In this document: positions 60,697 to 64,000 of the stretch, one piece after another | Layout: each line of letters begins with the position of its first letter | Position numbering within the stretch: position 1 is the first letter of the stretch | IMG/VR virus record: IMGVR_UViG_2871003000_000003 | Location: 64,001-128,000 of that record | DNA: 64,000 nt | Direction: 5' to 3' (one strand) | DNA from: a virus | Taxonomy: Duplodnaviria; Caudoviricetes | Position numbers and translations under genes: made by a program | The notes under the pieces: model-generated | Seen by the model: only the letters and a program-made list of their open reading frames with translations | What the model was told of the DNA's origin: nothing | Database searches by the model: none

Positions 60697-60849
60697 TAAG
60701 AATGGAAGTTGCTATATGTGATGTGGTGACTTCTCTTCTTATTTAAATATATTTGTTAATCAAAGTTCAGTAGTTTAACAAATATATTTATGAGCAGATG
60801 AGCACATACTGAACCACTACTCTACTGCTCTTAAATATTATATAAGGAA

Positions 60850-61284
60850 GTGACAATTATAAAAATTATTATAGATAATGATGTTGTTAATAGATATAAT
60901 GAATACTATTTTAAGCAGCATCCAAGAGCAAAAAAGAAACAGATTGAAAAGTGTATACATCCATCCATAAATATTTGGAGTATTAAACCAAGAATTCAAA
61001 TGAATGCACTAAAGCAGTCGTGGAAAAATTTTATTATTTGGCTTGTTGATGATTTAGGATATACAAATATGAAACTAAATAATATAGATGTTATTTACGA
61101 CATATACCATCCAACAAAAAGAAGAACCGATCCAGATAACTACAGCCCTAAATTCATCCATGACGGATTTGTTGAATCGGGATTTTGGGAAGATGACGAC
61201 AGGGAACATCTACATAGTCTTATGATAAGATGTCATGTTGACAAAGAACACCCAAGAACAGAAATTGAAATTATAACGCATTAA
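60850..61284 (+). CDS. RusA-like Holliday junction resolvase
   Basis: RRTDPDNY..K...DG.V..G..EDD and PRTEI motifs. Confidence 0.8.
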   Translation: MTIIKIIIDNDVVNRYNEYYFKQHPRAKKKQIEKCIHPSINIWSIKPRIQMNALKQSWKNFIIWLVDDLGYTNMKLNNIDVIYDIYHPTKRRTDPDNYSPKFIHDGFVESGFWEDDDREHLHSLMIRCHVDKEHPRTEIEIITH

Positions 61285-61372
61285 TTTTGTCGGAATCTGC
61301 GTAACAAAATGTCTTTACTACGTTCCTATTCAGTAATATGCTTGTATTATATAATATAAGGAGGTACAAGTC

Positions 61373-61675
61373 ATGGAAGGAAAAAGAAGAGGAAGACGTA
61401 AAAAAGTTGTAGAAAAGAATTACGATGTTTTGATTCAGCAGTGCAACCAAGAAATTTTAACCATCCAAAATAAAATGGATGAATTAAAAGTTCAGATGAA
61501 AGAGAAGAAAATTGAAGTCAAGAAACTTGAAAAAGAAAAGGCTATCTATGATGAGATGAAAGCTGAACAAGAAAAATCTGAACGTATTCGTGAACTCGCG
61601 GAAATGATTGATAAATCAGAATATACTTTGGATGAAATTAAGGAATTATTAAATCATAAAAAATCTGAAGAATAA
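61373..61675 (+). CDS. basic coiled-coil moron protein
   Basis: GGAGG RBS; terminator at 61711-61735. Confidence 0.6.
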   Translation: MEGKRRGRRKKVVEKNYDVLIQQCNQEILTIQNKMDELKVQMKEKKIEVKKLEKEKAIYDEMKAEQEKSERIRELAEMIDKSEYTLDEIKELLNHKKSEE

Positions 61676-61756
61676 GTTTTAAAAATATAAATTAAAAATT
61701 GCCAATTAATAGAGTCGGTCAACCGGCTCTTTTTTGATACAAAAGGAGTATATTGC

Positions 61757-62107
61757 ATGGAAATACAATTACGTGAAAAACCAAGAGGATTTTCTATTTA
61801 TAAAAGAGTTCAATTTCAACGGGATATGTCAAAAGAACTTAATAAATATTTATTTAATATTGGCTTGTGTGTGTTTAATAATAAAGAAGAACCGGAAATA
61901 ATTAATACTCATATTATATGCACTAGAGAACAGGCGAACGATTATTTAAACTGTTTGATTGATAAATGTATTGATGAACTTGGATATAAAAGACATCAAA
62001 TTTTCGACACATGGATCAAGTCATTAACGAAGGTGGACGATTATGACATTATATTACAAAAAGAATTTCAACCTATTATAATCGACCACAGACAATCTAA
62101 CGTTTGA
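61757..62107 (+). CDS. hypothetical protein
   Basis: AAGGAG RBS. Confidence 0.6.
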   Translation: MEIQLREKPRGFSIYKRVQFQRDMSKELNKYLFNIGLCVFNNKEEPEIINTHIICTREQANDYLNCLIDKCIDELGYKRHQIFDTWIKSLTKVDDYDIILQKEFQPIIIDHRQSNV

Positions 62108-62331
62108 TATATAAATTTTCGCTTTCATTTAGAAATGAAAAGAGAATAAAAAAATATCAATCATCATTTCTTTCTGACCTATTCTATAGTCGTGGTGATT
62201 GGTTTGTAGGTTTCTTATATGTAGGAGCGTAACAGCCGTGGTGACGCACACGGCTTCCTGCATATAGATATTATACTACTCATAGAAAATAAAAACATCC
62301 AGAACATTTGTTTTAAAGGAGATAGAAAATC

Positions 62332-63033
62332 ATGAAAAAAGAAAATATGAAAATTAAAGAAATTATTACATTCGAAGATAAAGCAAACGCTATTGAATAT
62401 ATTTGTAACAGTTTATTTGATTTTGGAGAAAATGGTGAAATTACCGACTACTCTCCTTATTATATTGAACCAGCGCAGGTTTGTGCTATTATAAATTACT
62501 TTGTAGAGGGAATTGAATTTGAAGATGGAGAATCTGTTTACGATGTTGCAATTGCAGACAAAGAAATTAATGATATTGTAAATCAGTTTTTCATCAAGAA
62601 TACTACAACAGCAAAAAATACAAAATTAACATATCCACAGGAGATTATGAAATTCGTCATGTCTCATGTTGTAGAAAAAGTTGAATATATGAAACAGAAA
62701 GCTATTCATGCTCCATCATATAGAAAAGATATGGTTGGAGAAGCTCTTGTTGATTTGATCAACGTATTGTCTTCAAAGGCAGAAGAATTAAATGTATCCG
62801 AGGCGAATAAATTTATCGAGAAGTATAACTCACCAGACAAATCTATGGAAGATATTGCGAAGCAGTTTATGAAAGAGGAATTTGAAAAACGTACTGCTGA
62901 ACTCGAAAATGCAAATACACAACCAATTTATAAGCCGGATAATGAAGAAAAGGCTACTAAAAATGAAAAGATGAGAGAGATGCTTAAACGCGCAATGGAG
63001 ATTCATGAAACAGCCGAAAATCTTCCTTATTAG
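62332..63033 (+). CDS. hypothetical protein (possible tail assembly chaperone)
   Basis: 233-aa ORF; position. Confidence 0.5.
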   Translation: MKKENMKIKEIITFEDKANAIEYICNSLFDFGENGEITDYSPYYIEPAQVCAIINYFVEGIEFEDGESVYDVAIADKEINDIVNQFFIKNTTTAKNTKLTYPQEIMKFVMSHVVEKVEYMKQKAIHAPSYRKDMVGEALVDLINVLSSKAEELNVSEANKFIEKYNSPDKSMEDIAKQFMKEEFEKRTAELENANTQPIYKPDNEEKATKNEKMREMLKRAMEIHETAENLPY

Positions 63034-63044
63034 AAGGTGTTGCT

Positions 63045-63446
63045 ATGGCAAAAAAAGTTGTTTCCAGTTTTTTGGAAGTTAAAGGATTGGTTGAAAAAGA
63101 TGTGAGATCTGGAATGAATGCTGCTAGGGATGAAGTGGAGCCAACTTTAGAAGATAATACATTGGGATATTATGGAGCTGGCAATCCAGTAATATATGAT
63201 AGAACAGGCACATTATTGGAATCTCCTAATACCACTCCTGTTTCTGGTGGAGGAAATCATTTTGAATTTAAGGTAGAAATGGAAGAAAATATTTCATATC
63301 ATACAGGAACATTTTCTGGAGCAGAAGTAATTGACGCAACAGAGCAAGGTCATTCAGGAACACTCGGTAACCATGGATATTTTGCAAAGACAGAAGCGGA
63401 AATACCTGAAATCGTGAATAGGAATATGTCGAAGTATCTGAAATGA
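63045..63446 (+). CDS. putative neck/tail-completion protein
   Basis: Y.RTG.L motif resembling the HK97 gp10-like family. Confidence 0.5.
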   Translation: MAKKVVSSFLEVKGLVEKDVRSGMNAARDEVEPTLEDNTLGYYGAGNPVIYDRTGTLLESPNTTPVSGGGNHFEFKVEMEENISYHTGTFSGAEVIDATEQGHSGTLGNHGYFAKTEAEIPEIVNRNMSKYLK

Positions 63447-64000
63447 TACAATAATAACACCCAGGACGATGGTGACATCCTGGGCTTTTAGGAGAAAACT
63501 ATAATGACATATATTCAGATTTAATTAAATGATTTATTATTTTATCATCTACGGTTTTTACGCAATGACAATGAATATTCAAACTTTATATATTTAGAAA
63601 GCTGAATTTTGCATTTTGCGTTTTTTACATCTTTAGAAAATGTATTAAACGTAAAAACAAGAATAATTAAAAGAACTAATGTAATAACAATAAGACTTAA
63701 AATTATAATTGTTGTCATTTTTCACTCCTTTCTGTACTTTGATATACAGAACAGGGAGTGTTTGCGGAAGAAAACCGCAGAGATATGATGTAAAGAAATG
63801 ATACATATAATAACTAATCACCTTTCTGATATATGTACTGTTTTCATTTCGTATACAAAATGTACACTTCCACAGACGCTTCTGCCGGACATATACCCGT
63901 GACACCGGATTGGTTGTGGTAGATCCAATCGATATACATCCAATTTCATTATAACAGAATTTCACTGGAATTAAATATAGATTTTCTCCGTTTCGTATAG

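Noticed and set aside
62227-62255. Similarity of CGTAACA-GCCGT...CGGCT to 16S h44/h45
   Set aside because: Short, lacks the GGAA loop, and is explained by an internal pseudoknot.

Overview
A 64-kb segment of a large, AT-rich, SPbeta-like temperate siphophage or prophage, probably from a Lachnospiraceae/Clostridiales host (an inference from gene content and RBS/promoter style). Left arm (1-24 kb, minus strand): a diversity-generating retroelement (RT N-terminus, 82-bp template repeat, avd) with two variable targets, one adjacent and one 16 kb away. It also has a LexA-boxed promoter, a sigma-like factor, ParB-like proteins, MazF, a HipA-like kinase, a tyrosine recombinase and many small genes separated by a recurring 18-bp palindrome. 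Centre (24-31 kb): HTH regulators, a DUF4258/YgiT toxin-antitoxin pair, a DnaA-box cluster and umuC/yolD. Right arm (plus strand): UvrD, a YonO-like RNA polymerase, a large candidate ncRNA, five tRNAs, PhoH, HU, a second recombinase, and terminase-portal-capsid-tail genes. The most novel signal is a set of intergenic structured RNAs that appear to mimic rRNA. The best case is a ~250-nt 'mini-16S' at 42945-43193, with helix 1, a covarying central pseudoknot and an anti-SD-like tail inside a long closing stem. A 23S H70/H71 look-alike lies at 44282-44331. Family assignments and rRNA comparisons come from recalled motifs, not database searches.
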